This document shows, piece by piece, positions 18,592 to 28,107 of a stretch of 64,000 nt of DNA. The position numbers and the translations under genes were made by a program. This stretch comes from Promethearchaeota archaeon (lineage in GTDB: Archaea > Asgardarchaeota > Lokiarchaeia > Sigyniarchaeales > SOKP01), in the NCBI GenBank assembly GCA_016840165.1, contig JAEOSU010000029.1:12966-76965 (forward strand). The letters are read 5' to 3'. The notes under the pieces are model-generated. The model was not told the origin of the DNA, did no database searches, and saw only the letters and a program-made list of their open reading frames with translations. Positions within the stretch are counted from its first letter, which is position 1. Every line of letters begins with the position of its first letter.

Positions 18592-20160
18592 TCATTTGTC
18601 AAATTTACCTCTACCATAGAGTAGGCTCATAGAGGTTAAATCATCACTAAATTTTTTATTTAGTTGTTCCCAAGTAAATCGCCACTTCCAATTTTCGCTT
18701 GTCGTTCCTGGAACATTCATTCTAGCCTCATCACCTAATCGTAGAAGGTCTTGAAGTGGTATTACTGCCATTTTGGCAACTGAACTCCAGATAAGACGGA
18801 TCAAGTCTCCTACTATATCTTTTCCGTCAGAGCCCGTATAATCAAGGATATGTTTTTTCACTCTTTTAGGTAAGTCGTCGAACCATGCTGTCGTGGTCTG
18901 ATTGTCATGGGTACCAGTATAGGCAATTGAATTTTGGTTGTAATTATGAGGAAGAAATTTATTATTAGCATGATCCTCGGTTTTCTCTTCAAATGCAAAA
19001 TGTAGGACTCTCATTCCTGGATATCCTGTATCATGAAGTAATTTTTCGACTTTAGGAGTAATTAAACCTAAATCTTCAGCAATAATTGCTAAGTTTCCTA
19101 ATTCTTGCTGTAACTTGCGAAAGATGTCTATTCCCGGACCAGGTTTCCACTCTCCTATTATTGCAGTATCTTCAGAGGCAGGAATCTGCCAATAGGATTC
19201 AAATCCACGGAAATGATCGATACGCAATATATCTACAATTTGAAAACAATGTTTTATACGTTGGATCCACCATCTATAATCATCCTTTTTCATTAGATCC
19301 CAATCATATAACGGATTGCCCCATCTTTGTCCTGTTTCCGAAAAATAATCAGGGGGAACGCCGGCAACATATTTTAATTTTCTTTTCTCATCAAGCTGAT
19401 AATATTCGGGATAAGACCATACGTCAACGGAATCATACGCTACAAATATCGGAATGTCACCAATGATCTTGATCTTTTTTTTGTTAGCATATTCCTTTGC
19501 TTCATTCCATTGTTTAAAGAACAAATATTGAGTGAATTTCTGAAATTCAATTTCACTTTCATGATTTTTGGTCCAGTCTTCAATAGCAGAGGTTTCATAA
19601 AATCTTAAATCCTTCTCCCATTTAATCCAAGCCCTCAAATTGTTTTCCAACTTGATTGACATGAATACGCTAAAATCATCGAGCCAAAACTTATGTATGT
19701 TGACAAAATTATTGAACTCCTTTTGAATAATGGAAGATGTATTTTTTTTATATTCATTAAATGCGCGCTCTAGAAGGCTCCATTTATATTCAATTATTCT
19801 CCCGAAATCTACATAAGAATCAGGAAAAGGTTCATTTGTTTCACATTCTTTTTCCGAAAGTAATTCCATTGTAATTAATTTCTCAAGACTAATAAGCATT
19901 GGATTCCCCGCAAATGCAGAAAAACTTTGATACGGAGAGTCTGCATACCCCGTTGGGCCTAGAGGAAGGATTTGCCAAAGGTTTAATTTAGATTCATATA
20001 AAAAATCAACAAATTTATATAGCCCAGGACCAAGGTCTCCTATTCCATATTTAGAAGGTAAACTAGTAGGATGAAGCAATATTCCTCCATATCTTTCAGT
20101 AAGAGTGGAATCTTGATTTAATTTCTCCTTATCATTTATTGAAAGCATAGCTCTTTTCAC
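18592..20160 (-). CDS. malQ: 4-alpha-glucanotransferase (amylomaltase, GH77)
   Basis: GILLHPTSLP, WQILPLGPT, GDIPIFV, GVPPDYFSETGQRWGNP, RIDHFRG, AEDLG, TGTHDN; start may be ATG 20148. Confidence 0.96.
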   Translation of the reverse strand: MKRAMLSINDKEKLNQDSTLTERYGGILLHPTSLPSKYGIGDLGPGLYKFVDFLYESKLNLWQILPLGPTGYADSPYQSFSAFAGNPMLISLEKLITMELLSEKECETNEPFPDSYVDFGRIIEYKWSLLERAFNEYKKNTSSIIQKEFNNFVNIHKFWLDDFSVFMSIKLENNLRAWIKWEKDLRFYETSAIEDWTKNHESEIEFQKFTQYLFFKQWNEAKEYANKKKIKIIGDIPIFVAYDSVDVWSYPEYYQLDEKRKLKYVAGVPPDYFSETGQRWGNPLYDWDLMKKDDYRWWIQRIKHCFQIVDILRIDHFRGFESYWQIPASEDTAIIGEWKPGPGIDIFRKLQQELGNLAIIAEDLGLITPKVEKLLHDTGYPGMRVLHFAFEEKTEDHANNKFLPHNYNQNSIAYTGTHDNQTTTAWFDDLPKRVKKHILDYTGSDGKDIVGDLIRLIWSSVAKMAVIPLQDLLRLGDEARMNVPGTTSENWKWRFTWEQLNKKFSDDLTSMSLLYGRGKFDK

Positions 20161-20197
20161 CTCTTATTTTCTCTTAATAAAGAAGTTATTTTATTAT

Positions 20198-20512
20198 TCA
20201 TAAAAAAGCCTTCCATTCATCAATATTTAACTTTAAAAGATCAATCTCGTATAATTCTGACGTCCCTTTTAATTTACTTTCTAATTCACTTATTTTACTA
20301 GTTATAAACTCCTTTATCTTATGAATACTTCTTTCTTTTTTATTTAATTCTTCAAGAATTTGATCACCGATCGAATTTCTTATCAAATATAAATCATAGG
20401 CTTCTTTTGATAAATTTGCAATTAAATTCGGATGATACATCTGTTTAAATTTAAAGATTTTTTCTTCCATTTTCTGTAGATAAAAAAAATCATTTATCCT
20501 ATTATCATTCAT
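20198..20512 (-). CDS. Hypothetical helical protein
   Basis: 104 aa; overlaps the upstream MFS stop by 4 nt, inside the MFS-malQ run. Confidence 0.6.
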   Translation of the reverse strand: MNDNRINDFFYLQKMEEKIFKFKQMYHPNLIANLSKEAYDLYLIRNSIGDQILEELNKKERSIHKIKEFITSKISELESKLKGTSELYEIDLLKLNIDEWKAFL

Positions 20513-21918
20513 TTCATCAAATCTCTTTTATTTTTATCTAAATAATCTAAATAATTTTTTTCTTTTATCTGATGAATCTTGATAAGTTTATCCTTTTGTT
20601 TGAGCCATTCAGGTCCGTCTAAAGGATAAAATAGCATAATTAAAGCACCAGCAAATAAAAATATAAAGGGAACAAGAGCGAATGCTGCCATTATCCCTAA
20701 TTGAGTACTTAAATTCTGAACTTTTTGTTCAGCATCAAATCCAAATAAACTAATTATGACTAAAAATAACCAATTTGCGAGGGATATTGCAGGTTTAGTT
20801 ATTAACGCATTAATTCCCGAATAGGTGGTTTCTCTTCGTTTACTAGTGCGCACTTCATCATAATCAACGATGTCGGCCACAACAGCTTGATTAGAGAGCA
20901 TATACCCCGATATACCTGAACCGACAAGTATAAAAGCAAATAAAGCAAATTGAAAGGTCCATCCGATAAAAAAGATTAAAAAAAAGCTTAGCCCCGTCCA
21001 AAATAGTGCTAAAATAAAGGTTTTCTTTACTCCAATCTTCCGAATGATTATATTAAACACTCCTATAAATATGAAAATCATTAAGAACACAATAATCAAT
21101 GGAACTGTTGTAAAAATACCTGTTAATTTCAGTACATAATCAATATAATAGAAGATTGCTGTGGTGAGGATAGTCTGGGCAAATGTAAAAGAAAAATTAG
21201 CTCCTTCAAATATGAGGAACGGAGTATTTTTAAAGGTCTCTTTAACTGCTTTAATAATTGGAAGCGTAGGTTCCATCTGAGTATATTTATTCTCCTTTAA
21301 ATAAAAACTACTTATAAATAGGATTATTGTAGATATGATGCCTACCAATATCATTGCAATCAAAAAGATAAATGGTGCATCCGGAGATTCATTTCCTGTG
21401 AGAAAAATAATGGGTAGGATGTATGCTATTAAAAGCGAGATTGAACTAATAATATTGCTATACATTAACAAGTTTCCACGGGCTTTTACAGTTAAAGCCA
21501 TCTCTGCGGGGAGAGTATAATTTATAAGGCCAAGAATAGTAAAAAGAGTATCAAAAACAAAAAGGACGATAATAAGATTTATAAAGAGAGCAAGTTCATT
21601 ATTTTGATCTACAAAAGGTATCCAGCAGAGGATAAACACTATACCATATATAGGAGCACCAAACCTAATATATGGCACCCGACGCCCATACTTTTCTGAT
21701 TTGGTGTTATCTTCGATAAATCCAAATATTGGATCATTAACGGCATTCCAGAAAGAAAACAGTAACCATGCAATACCAATCAATTCTGCATTTAACCCCA
21801 ATATAACATTATAGAAAAAAGTAATAGCTGAAAAGGTGATTTGGGAGGGTAGACTAATTCCTGCCCCCAATCCTCCGTAAGCTAACTTTAATTTAAGGGG
21901 TAGATTCTCTTCAACCAT
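20509..21918 (-). CDS. GPH-family (MelB-like) MFS sugar transporter
   Basis: WNAVNDPIFGFIEDNT...YGRRVPY; ADIVDYDEVRTSKRRETTYSG; about 12 TM. Confidence 0.92.
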   Translation of the reverse strand: MVEENLPLKLKLAYGGLGAGISLPSQITFSAITFFYNVILGLNAELIGIAWLLFSFWNAVNDPIFGFIEDNTKSEKYGRRVPYIRFGAPIYGIVFILCWIPFVDQNNELALFINLIIVLFVFDTLFTILGLINYTLPAEMALTVKARGNLLMYSNIISSISLLIAYILPIIFLTGNESPDAPFIFLIAMILVGIISTIILFISSFYLKENKYTQMEPTLPIIKAVKETFKNTPFLIFEGANFSFTFAQTILTTAIFYYIDYVLKLTGIFTTVPLIIVFLMIFIFIGVFNIIIRKIGVKKTFILALFWTGLSFFLIFFIGWTFQFALFAFILVGSGISGYMLSNQAVVADIVDYDEVRTSKRRETTYSGINALITKPAISLANWLFLVIISLFGFDAEQKVQNLSTQLGIMAAFALVPFIFLFAGALIMLFYPLDGPEWLKQKDKLIKIHQIKEKNYLDYLDKNKRDLMK

Positions 21919-21953
21919 TAATGATCTTTACATAATCTTTAAATATTAATGCA

Positions 21954-22220
21954 ATGGTTTTAAAAACTTTTAGCAAGGTAGCTAAAGATATTTATCTCCC
22001 AATTCTCACAGCTATTATTGAGGAGGGTATTGAGGCGGGTTCGTTTGATACAGAATATTCTGCGGAGACTATAGAATTGCTTTTAGAGATTATGCGTTAT
22101 TTAGCAGAATTTACAACTACTCCACAGAGCAATAAGTTGGAGCGAATGATTCAAGCAACGAATAACATTTTCCGTAAATCATTGGGAAGCAAAGATGAGA
22201 TCCTGATAATCCCATTTTAA
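21954..22220 (+). pseudogene. TetR-family C-terminal domain remnant without HTH
   Basis: LPILTAIIEEGIEAGSFDTEYSAETIELL matches the TetR C-terminal pattern; only 35 bp upstream before the divergent MFS gene. Confidence 0.55.
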
Positions 22221-22398
22221 TAATCAATACATCAATGAAATTAAATAATATTTGTCTATTGCTAGTAAAATCATCATCATTATCATCACCATCATCTTCA
22301 AATCCTGTAAAAGTATTAACAACTTGAGTTGTAAATACAATAACAGAAATGGAAACAAAGACAAACATCAAAATTGCAATGATTAACACTTTTTTCAT
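22117..22398 (-). CDS. Small membrane-anchored protein with acidic patch, 3' end possibly aberrant
   Basis: MKKVLIIAILMFVFVSISVIVF signal/TM followed by EDDGDDNDDD; starts 5 nt after the upstream gene; overlaps the TetR remnant tail-to-tail. Confidence 0.45.
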   Translation of the reverse strand: MKKVLIIAILMFVFVSISVIVFTTQVVNTFTGFEDDGDDNDDDFTSNRQILFNFIDVLIIKMGLSGSHLCFPMIYGKCYSLLESFAPTYCSVE

Positions 22399-22403
22399 GC
22401 ATT

Positions 22404-23036
22404 TCAACCCCAGAAAAGTATTAAAAATTCAGTATTTATTAAAAAAATATGAATCCCTAAAAGAAAAGATAAACTGAGCATGATATAATGAACTTTTATA
22501 AAATTTTTAAAGCCAAACTTCTTCATCCTTTCCAGATCTCTAAAATAAAAAGCACTCAATGCCACCGAAAACATTATTAAGCCGAATAATATCCCTGTCC
22601 AAAGTTTTACCATAAATAAAGGATAAGGGATGTGGTTATATTCCCCATCAAATATGAGATCACCCCACGGATCAGATCCTAAAAGGGTACCGATATGGAT
22701 TAAAAAAACAGTTATCGTTATAGTTGCATTTAAACAGTGCAAATTACGTGCTTTTTGATAAGATTTGAAGCTTTTTGCAATTTTTTTTGTATTTATTCCA
22801 AAAATTGAACTCACTATAAACCATACAAAAGTTGTAAAGCCCAATGCTCTCCCAACTATCCATAAAGTACCATTATCTTCCTCTATATGGTGAAGACAAC
22901 TCCTATTCTGATTTAAATTGACGAGAAATAACGGAATTATAATAGAAATGATTAAAATAATTAGGATAATTACAAGAAATAGAGGATATATCCGAGAAAT
23001 CTTAACTGAAGATTTAGAATTATTATCACCTTTCAC
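22404..23036 (-). CDS. Ferric-reductase-like transmembrane (cytochrome b-type) protein
   Basis: GRALG helix and two His pairs about 14 residues apart in TM helices (LHCLN...LIH; KVHYI...GIH). Confidence 0.6.
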   Translation of the reverse strand: MKGDNNSKSSVKISRIYPLFLVIILIILIISIIIPLFLVNLNQNRSCLHHIEEDNGTLWIVGRALGFTTFVWFIVSSIFGINTKKIAKSFKSYQKARNLHCLNATITITVFLIHIGTLLGSDPWGDLIFDGEYNHIPYPLFMVKLWTGILFGLIMFSVALSAFYFRDLERMKKFGFKNFIKVHYIMLSLSFLLGIHIFLINTEFLILFWG

Positions 23037-23143
23037 AATAGTTAATAATTTTGTGCCAATAATATAAAAAATTAATGAAAGAATTATAGAACTTAATCAC
23101 ATTACTTATTAATAAAATAGCATTGGATCTAATTTGAATTCAT

Positions 23144-23665
23144 ATGCCATGGAAAGAGATATCTAAAGATGCTATAATTTTTGATCCCAAAGTTCAGTCA
23201 TATTGTAATAATCCGAAATTTATTTGCCCATATTATGGTCATTCATGGGCTTGTCCTCCAAATGCCCCATTTCTTGAAGATGAGATTTTGAATTATAAAA
23301 AATATTATTTAATTTATACAAAATTTGATTTAAAGGAGGAAAATCAGAACAAACATAAAAAATCTTTCAGGTATGAATACATGAGAGACAATATGGAACA
23401 GGAAATGGAAAATTTCCTCCAAACTCATCAAGAAAAATTAACAGAATTGAGGATTCTATGGGATGGACATTGTCGTATATGTGAAAAAGAAGATAAGAAA
23501 TGTAGCATAAAAGATGATGATCCATGTAGATATCCTGAAAAAATTAGATATTCAATGGAAGCTGTTGGCATAGATGTCACCCAAACAGTAAAAAATGTTA
23601 ATCTTGATATAGAGTGGCCCCCTCTCAACCATGTCTACCGGTTTGGATTAGTTTGTATCAAATAG
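23144..23665 (+). CDS. DUF2284 metal-binding protein
   Basis: CPYYGHSWACPP, GHCRIC, CRYP...RYSMEAVGIDV. Confidence 0.88.
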   Translation: MPWKEISKDAIIFDPKVQSYCNNPKFICPYYGHSWACPPNAPFLEDEILNYKKYYLIYTKFDLKEENQNKHKKSFRYEYMRDNMEQEMENFLQTHQEKLTELRILWDGHCRICEKEDKKCSIKDDDPCRYPEKIRYSMEAVGIDVTQTVKNVNLDIEWPPLNHVYRFGLVCIK

Positions 23666-23673
23666 ATATCCAG

Positions 23674-24003
23674 TTATATATTATCTATCTTTGCCGCCAT
23701 TATAAAGTCATTCTTATGCAAACCTTTAATTGCATGAGTATGTAGTTCTAAAAGCACTTTATCATAATATATATAAATATCTGGGTGGTGTCCTTCATTT
23801 TCTGCTATATCTGCAACTTTATTGACAAATTCAATTGCCTTTATAAAGTTATCAAAATAAAATTCTTTTCTAATACGATGAATTCCCTCCCTTTCTAGAC
23901 TCCAGCCTTGAACCTCTCTTATATATTCTTCTTCCTTTTGATTTTCTAATGGTGGAATCCCACCTTCACATGGAACACACTTTTGGTTTATTAAATCAGT
24001 CAT
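23674..24003 (-). CDS. Pterin-4a-carbinolamine dehydratase
   Basis: CVPCEGG...AENEGHHPDI...THAIKGLHKNDFIMAAKID; ATG at 24003. Confidence 0.93.
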   Translation of the reverse strand: MTDLINQKCVPCEGGIPPLENQKEEEYIREVQGWSLEREGIHRIRKEFYFDNFIKAIEFVNKVADIAENEGHHPDIYIYYDKVLLELHTHAIKGLHKNDFIMAAKIDNI

Positions 24004-24190
24004 TCTTAGTATCACAAACAATTCGAGGTTTTTAGTATTTAATATTGATTTATGAGGTTCATATATTAGAATTTGTATTATAATCCATAAAAAAAAATGA
24101 GCTAATTTAAGTTATTTATCCATAATCCTACGGAGATTTTTATTTTTCATAATACTGAGCTTTTTTATCTGAGTTTGTAACGATAATAAT

Positions 24191-24772
24191 ATGGAAATAA
24201 TATTTATTATTCTAATTGTAGTTGGAGTGATTATAGGATTATGGATTGCGTGGGGAATTATCTCTCCGCATATTTGGGAACAACCAGAATATGAAGTTAA
24301 AGAAAAGGAAGGTAAATTTGAAATACGTCGATATAAAGATGCAAAAATCCTTTCAACAACAACCTCGGAGTTTAATAATGCCTTTTCGGTGCTCTCATCT
24401 TATATATTTGGAAAGAACAAAGAAAAAGAGAAAATTGCTATGACCTCTCCAGTATTAACCGAGATGGAAACTGATAACACGATGAAGATGGTGTTTTTTA
24501 TTCCTAAAAAATATAGGAATAAACAGATGCCAACTCCTTATTCTGATGATATAGAATTTTCCACACAAAATGCACGAGATGTGGCAGTTGTCCGCTTTCA
24601 TGGTCTTATGACCGTAAAAAAAAGGGAGAAAAATCTTGATAAACTACTTGAACTACTCACAAGGAAAGAGATACAAACAAAAGGAAGTGCTTTCTATATG
24701 AACTATAGTGATCCTTTTGTCCCACCTCCATTGCGGATTAATGAAATTGGAATTGAAATCTATTCCGAATAA
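24191..24772 (+). CDS. Membrane-anchored SOUL heme-binding protein
   Basis: N-terminal TM; EQPEYEV...FEIRRY, AFSVLSSYIFGKN, IAMTSPV, YSDPFVPPPLRINEI. Confidence 0.9.
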   Translation: MEIIFIILIVVGVIIGLWIAWGIISPHIWEQPEYEVKEKEGKFEIRRYKDAKILSTTTSEFNNAFSVLSSYIFGKNKEKEKIAMTSPVLTEMETDNTMKMVFFIPKKYRNKQMPTPYSDDIEFSTQNARDVAVVRFHGLMTVKKREKNLDKLLELLTRKEIQTKGSAFYMNYSDPFVPPPLRINEIGIEIYSE

Positions 24773-24868
24773 TCTTTTCCGCAAAAATATATTATCTAAC
24801 ACTTCGAAATTATTTACAAAGGTAAAATAAAATAAAAAAAAATTAGTTAAAATTATAATCTTAGTTTT

Positions 24869-26959
24869 CTAACTTCTTACCACTTCAAATGCGTAATCGC
24901 AAGGTCCTTTATTTGGACTCACTACAGCTAAGATATACCCATCTTCTGAAATATAATCTGTGATATCAAAGGTTCCGGTTTCATATAAATCATCAAGAGT
25001 CAAGGTTGCAATCATAGTATATGTAAGATCACCATCTAAACCGTTAACATCAATTAATGTTACCATAAAATCAATCTCAGGAGGTTCAGGAGCCGTAAAG
25101 AAGACGGTCTCATCAGCGTCATCAATGAGTTCTCCATTAATATGGATGTTATCAATCCACCATCCTGGATCTTCTGTACCCCAATCCGTCATATATCTGA
25201 AGCAAAGTTCAACTTCTTGACCAGCAAATTCTGTTAAGTTATAACTCATTGTCAACCACTCTTCGCTTGAACCAGTTAGACCGGGAAGGTTATCGATAAT
25301 TGCAGGATAGGCATCTGGATCATGATCATATGTTGTATAATCATTCTCGAGTGATACCCAGTTCTCATCTCCTTCTGGCAGGACTTGGACAAACCCATAA
25401 TCCCACAAAGGCTCGATATCATAATATGTATCGAATGTGAGTATAACTGGTGTATCTGAAGGGAGAGTAATTGTCTGGCATAACTTTACATCAGATTCTG
25501 GTTTTGCACTCGTTGAATACCATTCAAGATCACCATTTCCGTCTTGATCATCTAAGACCCACGTTGGAACCGTTGCTTTATCATCACCATCAAATAGGAA
25601 ATCAAGTTTATATGTTTTATCTCCAGGAGGATTACTGTTTTCCAGTTCTGTAAACTTTATATAATCTGAACCATACGCTCCTAATAATGAAATTTTGGTA
25701 TTATAATTTAAGTCAGTTCGAGTAAATCCAAAATCCGAGCCATGTTTTTCTGGTACAATAGGACTTTTTATTTCATACACTCGTGAATCGATAGCCTCAT
25801 CTCCTCCCAGATCAATGGTAATATAGTTATACTTTCCATCTCCAATCAGGTCGGTATGAAGTAAATTTGCTAGTCTCCAATTTTGAAAAATATCATTGAA
25901 TCTATCAGAATAACCATAATGCGCTAAAGCTTCATTTAATCCTTGTATTCCGGGAACACCAGTTTGTACGAAATAACTTAAAAATTCAGCTCCTCCATAA
26001 TGGTCACTTAAATAAATTGCCCAAAGAAGTGCTTGACCGTAATCAGCTAGAATATTGATATCTCCTTGATCGCCCCATTTTGTTAAAGAATTATCAGGTG
26101 TGAATAGGAAACTATTGATCGAACTCCAATCAATCGGATAACCGCATAAAGGTTCAGCATACATTGAGCATCCCTCATTCATAAATGTATCGTCATATGG
26201 ATTATAGTCATCATGGATAAGATGCTGGTACTCATGAGCTAAAACTGCTTCATATAGGTTTTTATGACTCGCATCATCTCCAATTCTATTTTCCCAGTCA
26301 TGAACATCAATAGTAACTATATTTCGGTCATGTTGCCTCTCTAAATAACCCCAGTAATATCCAACTATATAATATGGATATTTATCATCATAGAACATCT
26401 GATCTCGAATATTAGATAATAAAATAACATTTCTCCCATTTTCTTCATAATAAGAAGCAGTTGTATCCTCTATCTGAGGATCACTTCCATCATGAAAATA
26501 TGGTTCACCAAAATATTCTACATCAGTCGGATAAATATTATTTTCAAATTCAGTAAGATAGTAGTCGATTTGGTTATCAGTTACTATAGGTGTGTCTCGA
26601 TTATCCTCATATGCTAAATCGTCTTGTAACCAGATTTCAGCGCAACTTCCAATCGCTTTTAACTCAAATGAAGATAAAAATACATCTCCTGTGTAATCAT
26701 CTAGAACTAACCATTCTAAATGATCTCCAACGGTATAATAACCTTCTTGTGCTGTTTCTAAGTATGTTATGAATTCATTTTGAGCATTAGAAGCACGGAT
26801 AGGTAATTCTTTACTTCTTAACGAGTGTCCAATGTCTAGTGGTAGATAGTCAATCTTTTCAGTGTCTGGAGTTAAGAAGAAAATAGCTCCCATAACGCCT
26901 AAGGTCATAGGGATTACTAACAGGAATAGTAGTGTAAATATTTTATAAGATTTCTTCAT
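24869..26959 (-). CDS. Secreted/anchored zinc metalloprotease (M30/M6 immune-inhibitor-A-like)
   Basis: Signal/TM; LAHEYQHLIH...MNEGCS; InhA-like C-domain YDIEPLWDYGFVQV, FRYMTD..GWWIDNI; ATG 26959 preferred over 26974. Confidence 0.85.
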   Translation of the reverse strand: MKKSYKIFTLLFLLVIPMTLGVMGAIFFLTPDTEKIDYLPLDIGHSLRSKELPIRASNAQNEFITYLETAQEGYYTVGDHLEWLVLDDYTGDVFLSSFELKAIGSCAEIWLQDDLAYEDNRDTPIVTDNQIDYYLTEFENNIYPTDVEYFGEPYFHDGSDPQIEDTTASYYEENGRNVILLSNIRDQMFYDDKYPYYIVGYYWGYLERQHDRNIVTIDVHDWENRIGDDASHKNLYEAVLAHEYQHLIHDDYNPYDDTFMNEGCSMYAEPLCGYPIDWSSINSFLFTPDNSLTKWGDQGDINILADYGQALLWAIYLSDHYGGAEFLSYFVQTGVPGIQGLNEALAHYGYSDRFNDIFQNWRLANLLHTDLIGDGKYNYITIDLGGDEAIDSRVYEIKSPIVPEKHGSDFGFTRTDLNYNTKISLLGAYGSDYIKFTELENSNPPGDKTYKLDFLFDGDDKATVPTWVLDDQDGNGDLEWYSTSAKPESDVKLCQTITLPSDTPVILTFDTYYDIEPLWDYGFVQVLPEGDENWVSLENDYTTYDHDPDAYPAIIDNLPGLTGSSEEWLTMSYNLTEFAGQEVELCFRYMTDWGTEDPGWWIDNIHINGELIDDADETVFFTAPEPPEIDFMVTLIDVNGLDGDLTYTMIATLTLDDLYETGTFDITDYISEDGYILAVVSPNKGPCDYAFEVVRS

Positions 26960-27243
26960 TTTTAATAACCACATTAAATTTGTGTGGTTAGAATTAATTC
27001 TTTTGATATAAAAAGAAATAAGGTATAATGTTCCCCCATTGACAAATATGAAAAATTCACGTTATTGGATTATTGTAAGAATTTATATCTTGATTATTGA
27101 TAACACTCTTGTATGTATCTTTCAAGGCGTCTAGTAAAACACGGTTTAAAAAAGTTTTTCAATTAGGGATGACATGATTTCTAAAATCTTTGTTCATTTT
27201 GTTTATGATTTTTATACATCATTATTTGTTGTGATAAGGTTAG

Positions 27244-27660
27244 ATGGAATTAATAGAAGAAAATTCTGTTGCTGCAGTAGTCTATTACAGAAATGAGTAT
27301 CTATTGCTTAAATATGGGCTCGGCCATTGGGAATATGTCAAAGGCCATATGGAGTCGGAAGAAACTGAAAAAGAAACTATTATGCGGGAGTTAGAAGAAG
27401 AAACCAGTATAAAAGAAGCATCAATAATAGAAGGATTTAATGAAAAATATGATTATTTATTTACCTCAAAGGGAAAAAAAATCCATAAATTTGTAAGTTG
27501 CTATCTTATAAAATCTAATACGAAAAATGTAACACTAAGTTTTGAGCATGTTGGTTATAAATGGCTGTCGTTTCAAAAAGCAATCAAACAGTTAACTTAT
27601 GATAATGCTAAAAAAGTACTAAAGAAGGCTCATAACTTCCGTTTGTTAACCTTTGTATAG
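27244..27660 (+). CDS. NUDIX hydrolase, Ap4A hydrolase-like
   Basis: GHWEYVKGHMESEETEKETIMRELEEETSI Nudix box; LSFEHVGYKW. Confidence 0.88.
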   Translation: MELIEENSVAAVVYYRNEYLLLKYGLGHWEYVKGHMESEETEKETIMRELEEETSIKEASIIEGFNEKYDYLFTSKGKKIHKFVSCYLIKSNTKNVTLSFEHVGYKWLSFQKAIKQLTYDNAKKVLKKAHNFRLLTFV

Positions 27661-27714
27661 AAATTAAGAGAAAAAAGTTGTATAATTATCTATTAATTTA
27701 TTTAGAAATCTTAC

Positions 27715-27897
27715 TTAATCATCTAAAAGTTCTTCTTCTCCTTCTTTAAAGGTTTTTTTTATACCTTTTTTAACGCTTCCTTTCTTAACCCCCTTTTTCA
27801 CACCCTTTCCTACTGCTTCACTTCCCGTAACCTCTTCAGCAATCCCTCCAGCGACCTTAGCGAAACCTTTTTTGAATTTTTTTCCTAAACCACCCAT
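27715..27897 (-). CDS. 60-aa Lys/Gly-rich amphipathic small protein
   Basis: Own intergenic slot; GGTGAT SD-like element upstream of ATG; GVKK/KKG repeats and acidic tail. Confidence 0.7.
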   Translation of the reverse strand: MGGLGKKFKKGFAKVAGGIAEEVTGSEAVGKGVKKGVKKGSVKKGIKKTFKEGEEELLDD

Positions 27898-28107
27898 ATA
27901 ATCATCACCTTATTTATATCAAGTTCGTTAAATACTTTTATTTTATTAGTAAAAGAAATGTTATTTAAATCTCAACTATTATTAAGATTTTTTTAGATTA
28001 TATCGATGGGGTCCAATGTCTTTATATTACCCTTTTTAAATATAAGAATAAGTACTATAAGTTGACTATGATTACTTCTATTTTAAAAATAATAAAAGAA
28101 ATTAACC

